This document shows positions 23,701 through 38,291 of a stretch of DNA of 64,000 nucleotides, in pieces. This stretch comes from Octopus bimaculoides. Lineage: Eukaryota. The translations under genes were made by a program, and so were the position numbers. Position 1 is the stretch's first letter. Every line of letters starts with the position of its first letter. The notes under the pieces are model-generated. The model searched no databases and was not told the origin of the DNA. It was given only the letters and a program-made list of their open reading frames with translations. The stretch lies in assembly GCF_001194135.2 (NCBI RefSeq), contig NC_068991.1:41091382-41155381 (forward strand), read 5' to 3'.

Positions 23701-26700
23701 TGCATTGTGATATTTAATCATATTCTTCTACATTCTATGTTTAAATTCTATTGAGGTTGACTTTGATTTTCATCCTTCAGTGTTTGATAAAATTAAGAAC
23801 CATTCAAGTATTGAAAATAATCTAAAATTACCAACCCTTCACCTAAAATTTGTGATTTTGTACCTAATATCTTAAATCTTTATTGAACTGTTTTATCATA
23901 TGCTATGTGAAATAGTTGAACCTTTCTTTTTTATATATTCTTTGTTTTTCATATTAGAGAACCATCATTGCCTGATTCCCTTATCAAACGTCCTCCTGTT
24001 GTTACAATTATGGGACATGTAGATCATGGAAAGACAACACTTTTAGATTCCCTACGGAAAACTAATGTAGTCTCAACAGAGTTTGGTGGCATCACTCAAC
24101 ATATTGGTGCTTTTTCAGGTCAGTTTTTACATAATTTGAAGTGTTAAGAGCATGAAGAGAAAATTAATGCAGTGAATGGAGGCAAAGAAATAATGCTAGA
24201 AAGCAGCAAAATCAGATTTTAGACAAATGAAAATAGTTGCCTGTGTTAATTTTATACTTAGATTTATTTGATAAAATAATCGAATTAATAAGCTGCTAGG
24301 AGGTTGTCCAACATATAAAAGTTTAAAAATAGTAAAACAAGTGTAACTGATGATGGAGATCGTCAAAATTGAACCACAGAACAATGGAAAGCCATTGTAT
24401 GGAGTGATGAATCATGGTGCACAATGTGGCAATCAGATGGTAGTGTGTGTGTGTGGAAAATACCTGGTGAATGATATATACCAGCCTGTATAATGTTGAC
24501 TGAAATTTGGCAGTGGTGGGGTGATGGTGTGGTCATGCTTCTCCTGGAGGGGTTTGGCCCCCCCTTGTTGCTTTATGTGGAACTGTCATGGCACAAGCTT
24601 ACACTGACATTTTAACCACTTTCATGTTGCCTACTTTTGAAGACCAGTTCAGGGGTATGACCGAGCACCTATCCATACTGCAGGAGTTGTAGGAGAGTGG
24701 TTTGATGACGACAACATCCCACTAATGGACTGGCCTTCGCAGAGTCCTGATTTAAATCCCATTGAACATCTTTGGGTTGTTTTGGAACACCTACTTTGTA
24801 TTGGACCACATTGACCCACAACGATACCCTTGCTCACTTAGGCTTATTGCAAGGAATGGGCTGCCATTCTCCAGGAAACTTTCCCCTGCCAGATTGAAAG
24901 TATACCCGCGAGAGTAGAGGCTGTCATCAAGGCAACATTGTATTGACTGCCAGTGTTTGTGCTTCATTATCAAGTAGGTGTCCAGATACTTTTGATCACA
25001 TAGTGTAAGTTTCTATATAACATTTTGCTACATCTTCCTGCATCCAAACATGCTAGGCAAAGGGAAAATATTAAATAAATGGGTGAAGAAAAAATAAATT
25101 GTTAACTTTATGCATATTTCAAAATGTTCAACCATTTCTACTAATTTTTTCACTGTTATTTTTGATTTTCAGTTAGTCTTCCTTCTAAGGAAAAGATTAC
25201 ATTCCTTGATACGCCTGGACATGCTGCTTTTTTTGCAATGAGAGCCAGAGGTGCTTTGCTTACAGATATTGTTGTTCTTGTTGTTGCTGCAGATGATGGT
25301 GTAATGCAACAAACAATTGAATCAATAAAACATGCACAGAATTTCAAAGGTATGTCTCCATTGATTTGAAACTTTTATATAAACCATGGAAATTTAAGTA
25401 ATATCTCATGAACAATGGTGATGAAATTTTCTTGTGATAGAGAACAAGATAAGGAAATAATTATTAAAAAATTAGCTATGCAGTTAACTAAAATACATAA
25501 TCACTCATCAGTTTTTATTAATACTCTACAAAGTTCAGGTGGTATTCACAGGGAGTATTGTTTAACACATGACATGGTGCTACTGCTGCATGCAGAGCCA
25601 TTCTAGACCAAATCCAGAAAAGAGCTACCTAACTGCCATAAAGTTACTTGCAGACACTCCCCAGCCTCTGTCTCACCAGTGTGCTGTCTCCCTTCTCTGC
25701 CTTTTCTACCATTATTGTGATGTCTTTGTTCTTCAGAGCTGAAAGGACTCTTGCTCCATCCACTTTGGCATTGCCTTCCCATTTGCTTCTCTTCTTTTCC
25801 TCACCTTTGACTTGTCCAATCCTCTAGACTCCACACTAGTCACTACACCCATTACTTCCTTCCCAGAATGTCAACTCACTGGATCAACACTTCTTTATGT
25901 AGCTGACCTCATCCATGCATATCACATGACCAGAGCAATGCAATCTTCTCTCTTGCTCATTACAACTGATGCCTCTTATAGTCAATTTCTCTCTCAAAAC
26001 ATTTACACTTTGTCATACATCTACACTAACATCCAGTAGAGCATGCTAGCTTCATTTCTTTCATGCCTTTGCATGTCCTCAGCATTCACAGCCCATGTTT
26101 TGTTGCCATGTAGCATAACTGTGCATACTCAGAATATGCCTGCTAGAAATAGCAGCCAAATTGTCTTCAAATCACACCTTATCTTGAAAAATAAAAAGGA
26201 ACGAGACAGTGTAATATGGAAATAGATACTAGTTGATCTATGACTGTCATCTGTTATAGACTACCATCCAATCTAAGAGAATGTTTATCTTCTTTCTCTT
26301 AATGCAACTGAATTCAGAGGACAACATTCGTATTATGAGTTCCTGTGATTTGTGGAAACAATATACAATACAATGATGAGATATATTATATCTGATGGCT
26401 GGCATGCTTTAATCATAGTTTTGCTTGACATAGGGATAAGCAACAAAAACAACTACCACTGTTATTTGTCTATTATTCCTCACATACAGGTCATGGTCAT
26501 ATCCACCTTTTCCATTTTCTCAATATTGTGCCCAACCTACATCAATGTTTAGATGCTTCTGATTATTGTTGATGTCTGTTTAGTCTCTTTATTGTTGTTT
26601 TTTTCTTTTTTAATTTCAGTTCCTCTCATAATTGCCATTAACAAAATTGACAAGCCTGGTGTTGATATTGTAAGTATCTCTAATGTACCACCATTATTTT

Positions 26701-29700
26701 ATTTAAAGATAGTGAGGTGGAAGATATAGTAAACTTTACTCTAATTGGTTACAGTCTTAGTGAATTCAATTTTTTTTCAGTAAAGCCAGTAATATATGTG
26801 GTTGATTTGATTAACTATACTTCTACTTTGCATTAATTAGCATTATGCCTGGTTGAAAGAAATTATAAAAATTATATGTCAGAAGTTGCTGTGTTCCCAC
26901 TACAAGTGAATGGTGAATGCAGCTTCTTTTGTAGGGCTGGTGTTACGAAAATGTACTCAGCACACTGTGTAAAGTGATTGACAAACGAATAAAGGAAGCA
27001 TAAAGTTGTGAGGTCCCTTTCAGTCCTGTTTTGCCAAGGACTATTCAACTTCTCTAGTGTTGGTGCCACTAGAGAATGCATCCAGCACACTCTGTAAAGT
27101 GGGTGATGATAAGAAGGGCATCCAGCGTTAGAAACCAAAATTAAATTATTATTAATTTTACTTATGTCTCTAATTAGTAGAAACTAATGGATAAAGAAAT
27201 CAAACTATATAAACAAATGGCAGCTAAACTGTTCAGAAATTAAATAATACTAACATATTCAGTAACAATAATAAATTTAATTTATCCTTGACAATTTTTA
27301 GTTTTACCAATTTTGAATATATCGCTCCTGTTTAAAACCTCTTACCTACTTGACGATTGCATTTCTAGCTCTGCCTTGAAGAAAGCTTTACTTCTTGGAC
27401 TCGCACTTTTGTGTGCAACAATGTTGTTAAACCTCTGTTAATAGCACCATATGCAGGTCCTTTCCTTTTTCTTTCACGCACGGATAAAATTTTTCACTAT
27501 AGACCTTAATGGTTGTAAAGACACTATATCAGTGGATAAACTAAAAAAGGCCTTCATAGGAAAAACTGTCCCTCTTCCCACTGCAGATGACACACACACA
27601 CACACAGCATTACAATCATGATCCACACACCCACCTTCACGTTCCATGACTATCATTGGGATCAGTCAGGTACTGGACAAGGATTCTGGATTATTTTTCC
27701 GATTTTTTTACTTAATTTTTGAGAGCGGTTGGGTTCATTTTTAGTATTCTTGTTTGTGAGAGCAGTCGAGTTTATTTCGGATATTCTCATTTTAAAAATC
27801 ATCTCCAGCTAATCATTGAGAGGATGTTGGTGTTGCCTTGGTAGAAGTTTGTGCTCTTTGAGTGCTCTTGTTTATTTATTTATAGGAAAAATGCAAGCGT
27901 GAGCTTTTATCCTATGAAGTTATTGTGGAAGATTTAGGTGGTGAAGTTCCTGTTGTACCTGTTTCAGCTCTGAAGGTATTGAGGCTTTATATTTATCACC
28001 ATTATTTTCATGTTCCTAAATTACACACACATACACAAACATTCATAAAGCCTTAAATGCTAATGACATACTCCTTTTTCCTATCTACCCTTTGTCTTCC
28101 CTTCTGTCTGTTCCTCTTTCTCTTTGTTATTTCAATGTATTTTTGCATGATTTTGTTATGTTTAATCATTATGTTTAATGATTTTGTTATGTTTACTTCA
28201 TATTCCTTTTTTAGGGAACCAATTTAATTGATCTGTGTGAAAACATTGTGGCATTGGCAGAAATATTGGAGCTAAAAGGTGATCCAACTGGATTTGTGGA
28301 AGGTCATGTTGTTGAATCATATACTGATCTTCATAGAGGGTTTGAATCAAATATTTCTTTGCTTTTCCTTCTTTTTTCTTAAACACTGATGTACACTGAA
28401 ATTACGATTTCTTTTTATTATATGGAAAATTATTTTTTGAAACAGAAATAATATAATTGATTTAAATGATTCTATCATTTAAGACAGTTTAGTGACGAAA
28501 ACATGCAGAATACTGCATAATCCTCGTACAGTTTAGATACTTGGAATTTTAGTCTTAAATATCCAGTGGTAAATATGTAGGATTGCACAACTGCTCTAGA
28601 ATATTCATTAAAAGTTAGCTTTCACTTAAGTTGTAGGACACCACACTGCATTGGGTGGCTCCCTCTTTCTTATTTATCATAACTTGATAAATAATATCAG
28701 GTTGTGACATATCACATCACAGAGTAGTACAGAGTTGTATAATACCAGAGTCATGTATACCAGAGACCTGAACTAGTTATATGTTAAAACCAAGTTATAG
28801 TTGACTCTCAGAGTTACTATGATCAAAAATCTAATAACATAGTTATTGTGTGAACTGTTATATACAGAATTTACTGGAATAAAACAATATTTCAACTTAT
28901 AGCAGAGTTAATAATTTATTACAGTATGTAATGTCTATAAGTGATAACAGTACGTAATGTCTCTAAGTGACAACAATATATCTGAGTATCTTGTATATAT
29001 TTTATCTCTCAACGACATGATAATGGAAAGTAAAAATTGACTCTGGTCAAATTTGAATATGGAAACTATAGAAATTTGAATATATAAACTGTAGAGTATT
29101 TAATATATTGTAATATTCATGTGATAATGAAATTCAATACCTGAATGACAAGCTGAGCTTCACTACTATTGCAATTTTCACAACATTGTAAGAAAAATCA
29201 ATCTCACATGACAAGTGTGATTATGACTAGAAATTATCAGGCTTCACTGCACCTGACTTTACTTTTTAATGTTGTTCAATGTTATGTTTTATTATCAAAT
29301 GTTTTTTCTTTGTCCCTGATAGTTATTTGAGTTAATAAAAACAGAAACATCCAACAACTTTGTCTCACCTCCAGAACAACTTACATGTAATGATGGGTAT
29401 GACTAGAAAGGTAAAACAATAAGGTTCCACAAAGTCCAAAATGCATGTCTAATATAGATAATCTCTCAGTGTTTCATTGACATAGTTTGGACTCTTCATC
29501 ATTAGTACCGTCATCCCCCTAGTTTGTTCTGAGATTGATATCCCTCATGAATAACTAAAATCTTATTGTTCAGGGATCAATTACTTGTACACAAAGTAGA
29601 TCCACTTGAAGAATAATAGATCATCATAGCAAAAGCTACAGCAATAATAACCCTGTCTTTGATGCTAATATTAACTCTCACCTACAGTGAGCTAGAGGAT

Positions 29701-32700
29701 ATAATAAACATTTGGAGTCATTGATGAAGTCAGATGTATATGATCAGCAGACCAACCACCTGAAGAATATGACAAAAAAGAAGAAAACCTGACTAAAAAT
29801 TTAGACTATATGCAATAAATTGAGTGTACTGGATCAATCCCAGTATGTGATTGTCTACATCTGTGCTATGTATCTGTAGATCTAACCAAGATTACTTTAC
29901 TACTTTACCTTTCATACCTAACTTTCCTTGCAAGCATGACTTAGTACAGTGAGTAATTCTATATTAGCAATGTAAAGTTCACAGCTTGATGTACTTGAAC
30001 CACTAGTGATTTCAACATTTGAAATAACCAGCACAAGATTAATATCAGACCATCTCTTAACAACCAAATATCTAATCATATCAAAATATATTTTGAAAAA
30101 TTCTTTTTCTCATGATTTAATGACTTACTGATTTATGGTTTATTCTGTTTAGAAAACTTGCTACAGTAATTGTGGAAAGAGGGACATTGAAGAGAGGTGC
30201 ATGCCTGATAGCTGGGCCAGCTTGGGCAAAGGTAATTTTGTTTTTCATATTTTTATTCTTTTGTCAGTCTTTTGTTTTGAAGTTAAAGTTCTCATCATTA
30301 TTGGCATGATTTTGTATCCCTGCAAAGAACATATATCTATGTGCTACTTTAATGTAACTGAGTGGGTGTTAAACTAACATTCAATATTGGTAAAGACACC
30401 CTCACAAATTATGCAAACATAAGAATTTATAAAGTTATCTAACACATGTCATCATACGAGAAAAAAGATGTAAAATTTATTTTTAAAAATATTTCAAATT
30501 CTTTTTTTTTATGTCATCTTAAACAGTGTGTAATTTTGCTTGATCTTTCCAACTAATGTCAGCATTATTAGTATTTCATTAAGATAGGATATGAGAAGAG
30601 AAAGAAGGTATATCTTTGTTAAATTATTAGTATGAACTCAGTACATGCAATCTGCTAATACAGTAGTAAATCTTCCCTAAAGAAACTCATTCCTAAGTAC
30701 TAGGATCTTGTGTGCCAAGTTCTAATAAAGGTGGATGGTACAAGTATAGCTGTGTGAAGTGCAGGCATAGCTGTGTGATTGAGAAATTTGCTTCCCAACC
30801 ATTGCGGGGAAATTGTCTTCTACTATAGCTCTGGGTTAACTAAAGTTTTGTGAGTGGATATGGCAAATGCAAACTGAAAGAAATCCGTATGTGTGCGTGT
30901 GTGTGTGTGTATACATACATATATCATCATCATCATTTAAACGTTCGCTTTCCATGCTGACATGGGTTGGACGATTTGACTGAGGACTGGCGAACCAGAT
31001 GGCTGCACCAGGCTCCAATCTGATCTGGCAGAGTTTCTACAGTTGGATGCCCTTCCTAATGCCAACCACTCCGAGCGTGTAGTGGGTGCTTTTACGTGCC
31101 ACTGGCATGAGATATATATATTTGTGTGCACTTATGTGAATAAGTCCATATTTCCATTTGTCATGTCTTCATGTGTGTTCATTTGTTGGTTTTTAACTAG
31201 TGGCTTCACTGATGGTGTTGTTTGCTTGCAGCCCACTGCAAAAACATGTCCAGACTGTTTGTTGTTCGCTCAAAAGGGAAATTATTACATTGCTTGGAAA
31301 CAGATGGAAGCTGACTTCAGAAAGGGTATTTTGCTGTATAAAAACCTTGTCTAACGTACTCTTGCCTGGCTCATGCAAGTATGGAAAAGAGACATTAGAA
31401 TAATAAAAATAATAATGATAATGATGGAAAAATGAATCTATATTTCTTATCCTTGTATACAAGCAGTAGTCAGAGTGTATAGATTTTGTTTTGTTGTTCA
31501 GACTAACTTATAATTTCTTACTCATCATTAAAAGTGAAAATCAAAATACATACTCCGATATAAAAATGATTTGACTACTCACCTAACAACAAAGTGGTCT
31601 GTATGCTTTCTAGGTGCGTGCAATGTTTGATGAGAGGGGTCAACTTGTGCAAGCTGCTGGTCCAAGCACACCTGTAGAAGTGATTGGTTGGAGAGAACTT
31701 CCAAATGCTGGAGAGGAAATATTTCAAGTTTCTACTGAAGTACTATTACATGATTTTCTTTTTCCCTGTTTTTTTTTGTTGAATACATTTGTATGATTAT
31801 TGGAAGTATGAACAGAAAAAGAACATAATGAGGAAGTAAAAAGTGAAAGTTTACAAAGAGACGTCTTTCAGTTTTCCTGGGATTGACATTTTTCTTGTTA
31901 TTATTATCTCTTCATTTAATCACAATTTAGACATTGTAGTTTTGATTAAGCATTTTATAAATTGTTATATCTTTTCAATTAATTTAATTCAGGTATTCAT
32001 ATAATTTTTCAAGATGTCTTTAATTTTTTTTAAAGGTGTTATATGGTAATTAATTTTAAGGGCATGGTGTTAGGAAGAGCATCCAGCCATAGAAACCATG
32101 TCAAAACAGACACAGAGCCTGGGCAGTCCTTCAGTTGGCCAGCTCTTGTCAAACTGTCAAACTCATGCCAGCATGGAAAATGGATGTTAAATGATGATAG
32201 ATATTCTAAATATGTTCTTTTGAAATCTTGAAATTTTAGAATTTTGGTATTTTAGGAACAAGTATTGCATTTTTGATTAAGGAAGGGGAAAGTATTGATA
32301 GAATATTTTAATAGAGGTTATCTTGGTGTTCTTAGAGTCTATTTTTTCGTTAATTTTTTTTTATTTTATGTCATTAAGCAAAACATTCCATTGACTATCT
32401 TGTCTATTTTTTTTTTTTTGTTTTCTATATTGTAGCAGAGATTAAAAGAAATAATTAATTGGAGAAAACAGCAGCAGATGGAACAAAAGATAGAGAACGA
32501 TCAAGTTTTTATTGACCAAAAACGCCTTGAACATCAAATTGTGTATGAAGCTGAGCTACAGAAGCGACGAGAAGCTGGGCGCAAGAGAAAAATATGGAAA
32601 ATGAAAACAAAAGAGACAATTACTTCATATGAAGGACCACAGCTATCAATTGTATTAAAAGGTTATATCGTGATTCTACTTTATCTGAGGTCAAACTATA

Positions 32701-33163
32701 TTGAATCTTTAATTTGTTATTAACATTAGTGGAAGCTACTTGTGAATATCTAAATTTTAAGAATAATCCAACCCATACTAACATTTACATTCATCATTAG
32801 AAAAGATTAAACACACACACATATACAATTGCACATAAGTAAAACAAAACAAATTTTATTTAAAATAGTTAAATTAAGTCTTGGAACATTAAGTCTCATA
32901 GGTGAAACTGCGATATTTAGAAAGATGCCATGTTGCAAGCTCATCTAACTTGTTTCAGTTAGGGACCAAACCTTATTTATTTCTTCAAATTTTTTAAAAA
33001 TATGCCTCATATTAAATAAGTCAACTAAGATATGTTTAAAAATGAAGCTTGTTCATGTTGCTTACACTTCTTTTAATGTGTAACTACTACATACATCTCC
33101 AAACCCATATGCATATATAAATATATATTAATATACACACACACACACTAATGTATATATGTA

Positions 33164-33220
<57 letters not shown>

Positions 33221-34472
33221 GGGTTGGACAAAATAATGGAAATACCTAGCATCATAGCATCAATATTTTGAAATATCTATAAAACCATCAAAAGCTTGTT
33301 TATTTTTATGTTTTTTGATTTATTATTAGTGTTGCTTAATATGTTTTGCTAAAATTGCTGTTTCTTTTCTGATATCATCAGAAAAAGGTAATTAAAATTC
33401 ATTAAAATGACAGATCTATTGGACTTTCAAAGAGGTCAAATTGTTGGTGCTTGTATGGCAGGCGCTAGCATAATGAAAACAGCTAAAATGTTTGGTGTAT
33501 CAAGAAGTACTGTCTTAAATGTAATGACAGCCTTTGAGAAAGAGGGAAAAATCTCCTTGTCGAAACAAAACTCTGGAAGAAAACCAAAACTATCAGATAA
33601 GGATCGTCAGACTCTTACACGAATTGTTAGAAAGGATCACAAAAGTACAGCTCCCAAAATTACTGCAGAGCTTGATGACCACCTGAGAATCCAGTTTCCA
33701 CAAAAACTGTTTTTCTGGGAGCTGCACAAAGCCGGATTTCATGGGAGGGCTGCAATCAGAAAACCACTACTTTCAAAATCAAACGTTGCAAAGCGTTTAG
33801 AGTGGAGTAAAAACCTACAGAATAATTCCCTAGAGCAGTGGAAGAATGTTATTTTCTTGGACGAGTCATCCTTTACCTTATTTCTGACCACCAGCCGAGT
33901 ATATCTGTGGAGACAGCCAAAAGAAGCATTTGACCCAGACTGTCTTCTTCCAACTGTTAAACATGGAAGAGGATCTTGTGATGATCTGTGGGCTATATCT
34001 TGGAAATTGGCCAGCCGAATGGTTTCCCTTCATGGCAGAATTAATAGTCAAGACTATTTAATCATTTTATCTGATCAAATTCATCCTATGGTTGCAGAAC
34101 TGTTTCTGGAGGGAAATGCAATCTTTCAGGATGATGATGCACCAATTCACACAGCTAAAGTTGTGTGAAGTTGAACATCTTATCTGGCCACCACAGTCCC
34201 CAGATGTCAATATTACCGNNNNNNNNNNTTGTACGAGTCCATACCTTGTAGAATTCAAGCTGTAATTACTGCCAAAGGTAGTCCTACCCCATATTAAAAT
34301 AAATTTATTTGAAATTTTAAGGTGTTTCCGTTATTTTGTCCAACCCCTGTACATATACACACACACTTTTATTTAATATTTTAATCATACTTTATATTAA
34401 TTATTTTTTCACACTGTTTACAAATAGTTTGCTGAAAATTATAACAATCCTTCCAACACTTAAGTGCACGCA

Positions 34473-34523
<51 letters not shown>

Positions 34524-37410
34524 TTACCTACCTCTCTTTTTTCTGTGATGTTAAGGCTGTGGTATACTGGCTGAAACTGAGCTAGTTCATAGCCTGTCAT
34601 TGAGCACTACGTATATATGAAATTTCTTGGATGTTGACAATAGGTTCCTGTCAGTATTTATTACACCAAACATCTTGAAAAATGTGTCTTTCAGGAAAAC
34701 TGAGACAATATGAATATATCTTATGTGCTGTATATGATTTGCTTGGTGTCATAACACATCTGCAGCAAAGCTTGAACCCATTATCACATCTTTACCATGA
34801 TGTTCTTGTCAAAAATTTATTTGTTGAAAGTCAGAGAGATAGCATTGTAATATTTTGAATTTCTAAATCATCAATAAATTAAATTAAGTCTGTTACATAT
34901 ATTCCATGTTTTACTCTTGTTTAAAAAAAAATTCAATCAATCCACACCATGTCTAACACACTCAACAAAAAGGTCAGGTGTAAATGTGTTAATGATTTTA
35001 AAAGGGAATTATAAACTGTTCCATTGATAGCATTGTACTCATGGTTTGAACAAATTCTGTGAAAATAACTTGTCATTAGTGATGCATTTTATTTTCTTCT
35101 AGAATATATAAATATTCATTTTTAAGTATTTATTCACAGGAGATGTTGACGGTTCCTTAGAAGCCATCATGGATACATTAGATACATACAAATCACAGGC
35201 GTGCCGGCTTGATTTCCTCCACTATGGTATTGGTAGTATAACTGAAAATGATGTTGAAATGGCTGCTGCATTTGAAGGTTAGCAATCACTACATTTCAAG
35301 TTTTACTCTACACTATCTCTACATTCATGGCCATCATCATGGCCTTTGTTCTCCGGTATTTTGTAATTTGTTGGCTTAGAAACAGTATGTTTGTGCAAGT
35401 GTAGTCAGTAGACTCTGTTTGACACATGCAAGCATAGAAAAGTAGACATTAAAATGATGATGATGATAAAAGAAGAAACAGGTTACAATGGCATAGGATG
35501 TGAGCCTTCATAGAGAAACAAAGTAAAGGTGAAAGCAGAAAAAGGCTGTGAATGTGATGGTAGTTCTACAGTAACTATTGTATAACCAGGAGGTTACTGA
35601 GATTGCAGTCACATCTGAAAGAAGGGAGAGGGTATTTCAGGAAGTTGCAAGGTGAGATTGGAGGAGACAGAAGTGTAATAGCATGGTGCATTGGAGTTGT
35701 CAGGATGTTGGGTGAGAAAGGTAAAATAAGATGAATATGCAATATAAAGATCATCATCATCATCATTGTCATCATTTAACGTCCACTTTCCATACTGGCA
35801 TGGGTTGGACTGTTTGAGTGAAAACTGGTAAGCCTTGGAACTGCACCAAGTTCCAATCAGATTTCTACAGCTGGATACCCTTCCTAATGCCAACCACTCT
35901 GAGAGTGTACTGGGTGCTTTTTATGTGCCACCGGCATGGGTGCCATTGACTTGACACTGGCATCGGTCATGACTACAGTCTCACTTGGCTTGACAGGTCT
36001 ACACAAACATGGTATATCATCAAAGGTCTTGGTCACCTGTCACTACCTCCACTTAGACGATGCTTTTTACATGACACCGGCATGGGTCCCAGTCAGACAG
36101 CACTGGCATCTATCACAACTATGATTTCATTCAGTTTGACAGGCCTTCACAAGTACAGCATATCACCCAACGATTGAAGGGTGCTTTTAACGGGCCAGTT
36201 ATACAACACTGGCATTGGCCACAGGCATTGGTCACGGGCATTGGCCACGACTACGATCTCACTTGGCTTGATGTCACTGCCTCCATGAGGCCCAATGCTC
36301 AGATGGTGCTTTTTACTTGTCAGTTAGACGGCACTGGTATCAGCCATGACTACAATTTCACTTGGTTTGACATGTCTTCAGAAGCACAGCATATCACCCA
36401 ATGATTGAAGGGTGCTTTTTTAATGAGCCAGTTACGCAACACTGACATCAGCCACTACTACAATCACACTTGGCTTGGTGGCTTTTCTCAAGCATATCTC
36501 CAGAGGTCTCGGTCACTTGTCATTGCCTCTGTTAGGCCCAAAGTTTGAAGATCATGCTTCACCACCTTATCCTATGTCTTCCTGGGCCTACCTCTTCCAC
36601 AGGTTCCCTCCAATGTTGGAGTGCAACACTTCTTCTCACAGCTGTCCTCATTCATACACAATACATGACCATACCAGCGCAGTCGTCTCTCATGCACATT
36701 GTCTGATGTTTCTTATGTTCAACTTTTCGCTCAAGATGCTTACACTCTGTCATACATGCACACTGACATTACACATCCAGCGGAGCATACTATCTTCATT
36801 TCTTACAAGCCTACACATGTCCTCAGCAGTCACTACCCATGTTTCACTGCTGTAGCATGGCTGTTTGCACGCAGGCGTCATCCAGTCTGCCTTTCACTCT
36901 GAGCAAGAGATCCTTCGTTAGCAGCAAAGGTAAAGATTATCTTTATAATTTGTAGATGTGGTTTGTGGTAACAGTATTATACAATTGGGTTACACAGTTG
37001 ACAAATGCAAAGAAATAGTTGAAAGAAAGGTGATATGAGTGACATAGTATAAGGTGAAATTGAAATAGTAATGGGAGTCAGTGGGTTTGTAAATGACAGA
37101 GTGGGAAGGGTCAGTGAAAATGTTTTGATATATCTTCAGTTGTTTGTTTGTTTGTTTTTTTTCTTCTAGGAATTATTTATGGATTCAATGTAAGTATCCC
37201 TGATTCTGTGGCAAAACTAGCTAAGGCCAAAAAGGTTCCAGTGAACTTGCACAAAGTTATTTATAAACTCTTCGATGATCTGAAAGACCGTCTCAGCGAA
37301 CAACTTCCACTTTTGACCAAAGAAGAAATTGTTGGTAATACTCCATTAAAATCTTATTGAGAAACATAAATGTTTTAAAATACATTCTAATTACACACAT
37401 ACAAAGAATC

Positions 37411-37441
<31 letters not shown>

Positions 37442-38251
37442 TGTTCAGATGCACGTGCACACTCGCATCTATATAAGGCACAGCATGGTTGTGTGGTTAA
37501 GAAGTTCTCTCCCCAATTGTAGTTTCAGGTTCAGTCCCACTGTATGGCACCTTGGGCAAGTGTCTTCTACTATTGCCCCAGGCCAACCAAAACATTGTGA
37601 GTGAAACTGGTAAATAGAAACTGAAAGAAGCCTGTTGTATGTGTGGGGGGGGGGNNNNNNNNNNNNNNNNNNNNNNNNNNNNNNNNNNNNNNNNNNNNNN
37701 NNNNNNNNNNNNNNNNNNNNNNNNNNNNNNNNNNNNNNNNNNNNNNNNNNNNNNNNNNNNNNNNNNNNNNNNNNNNNNNNNNNNNNNNNNNNNNNNNNNN
37801 NNNNNNNNNNNNNNNNNNNNNNNNNNNNNNNNNNNNNNNNNNNNNNNNNNNNNNNNNNNNNNNNNNNNNNNNNNNNNNNNNNNNNNNNNNNNNNNNNNNN
37901 NNNNNNNNNNNNNNNNNNNNNNNNNNNNNNNNNNNNNNNNNNNNNNNNNNNNNNNNNNNNNNNNNNNNNNNNNNNNNNNNNNNNNNNNNNNNNNNNNNNN
38001 NNNNNNNNNNNNNNNNNNNNNNNNNNNNNNNNNNNNNNNNNNNNNNNNNNNNNNNNNNNNNNNNNNNNNNNNNNNNNNNNNNNNNNNNNNNNNNNNNNNN
38101 NNNNNNNNNNNNNNNNNNNNNNNNNNNNNNNNNNNNNNNNNNNNNNNNNGTTGTTATTTTTGGGATTTACAATTTATTCTTTCACCTCAACCACAAGCTG
38201 GCATACACAGGTGCTTACAATTGTCAAGTATTACCTCTAAATTTTACTTTA

Positions 38252-38291
<40 letters not shown>

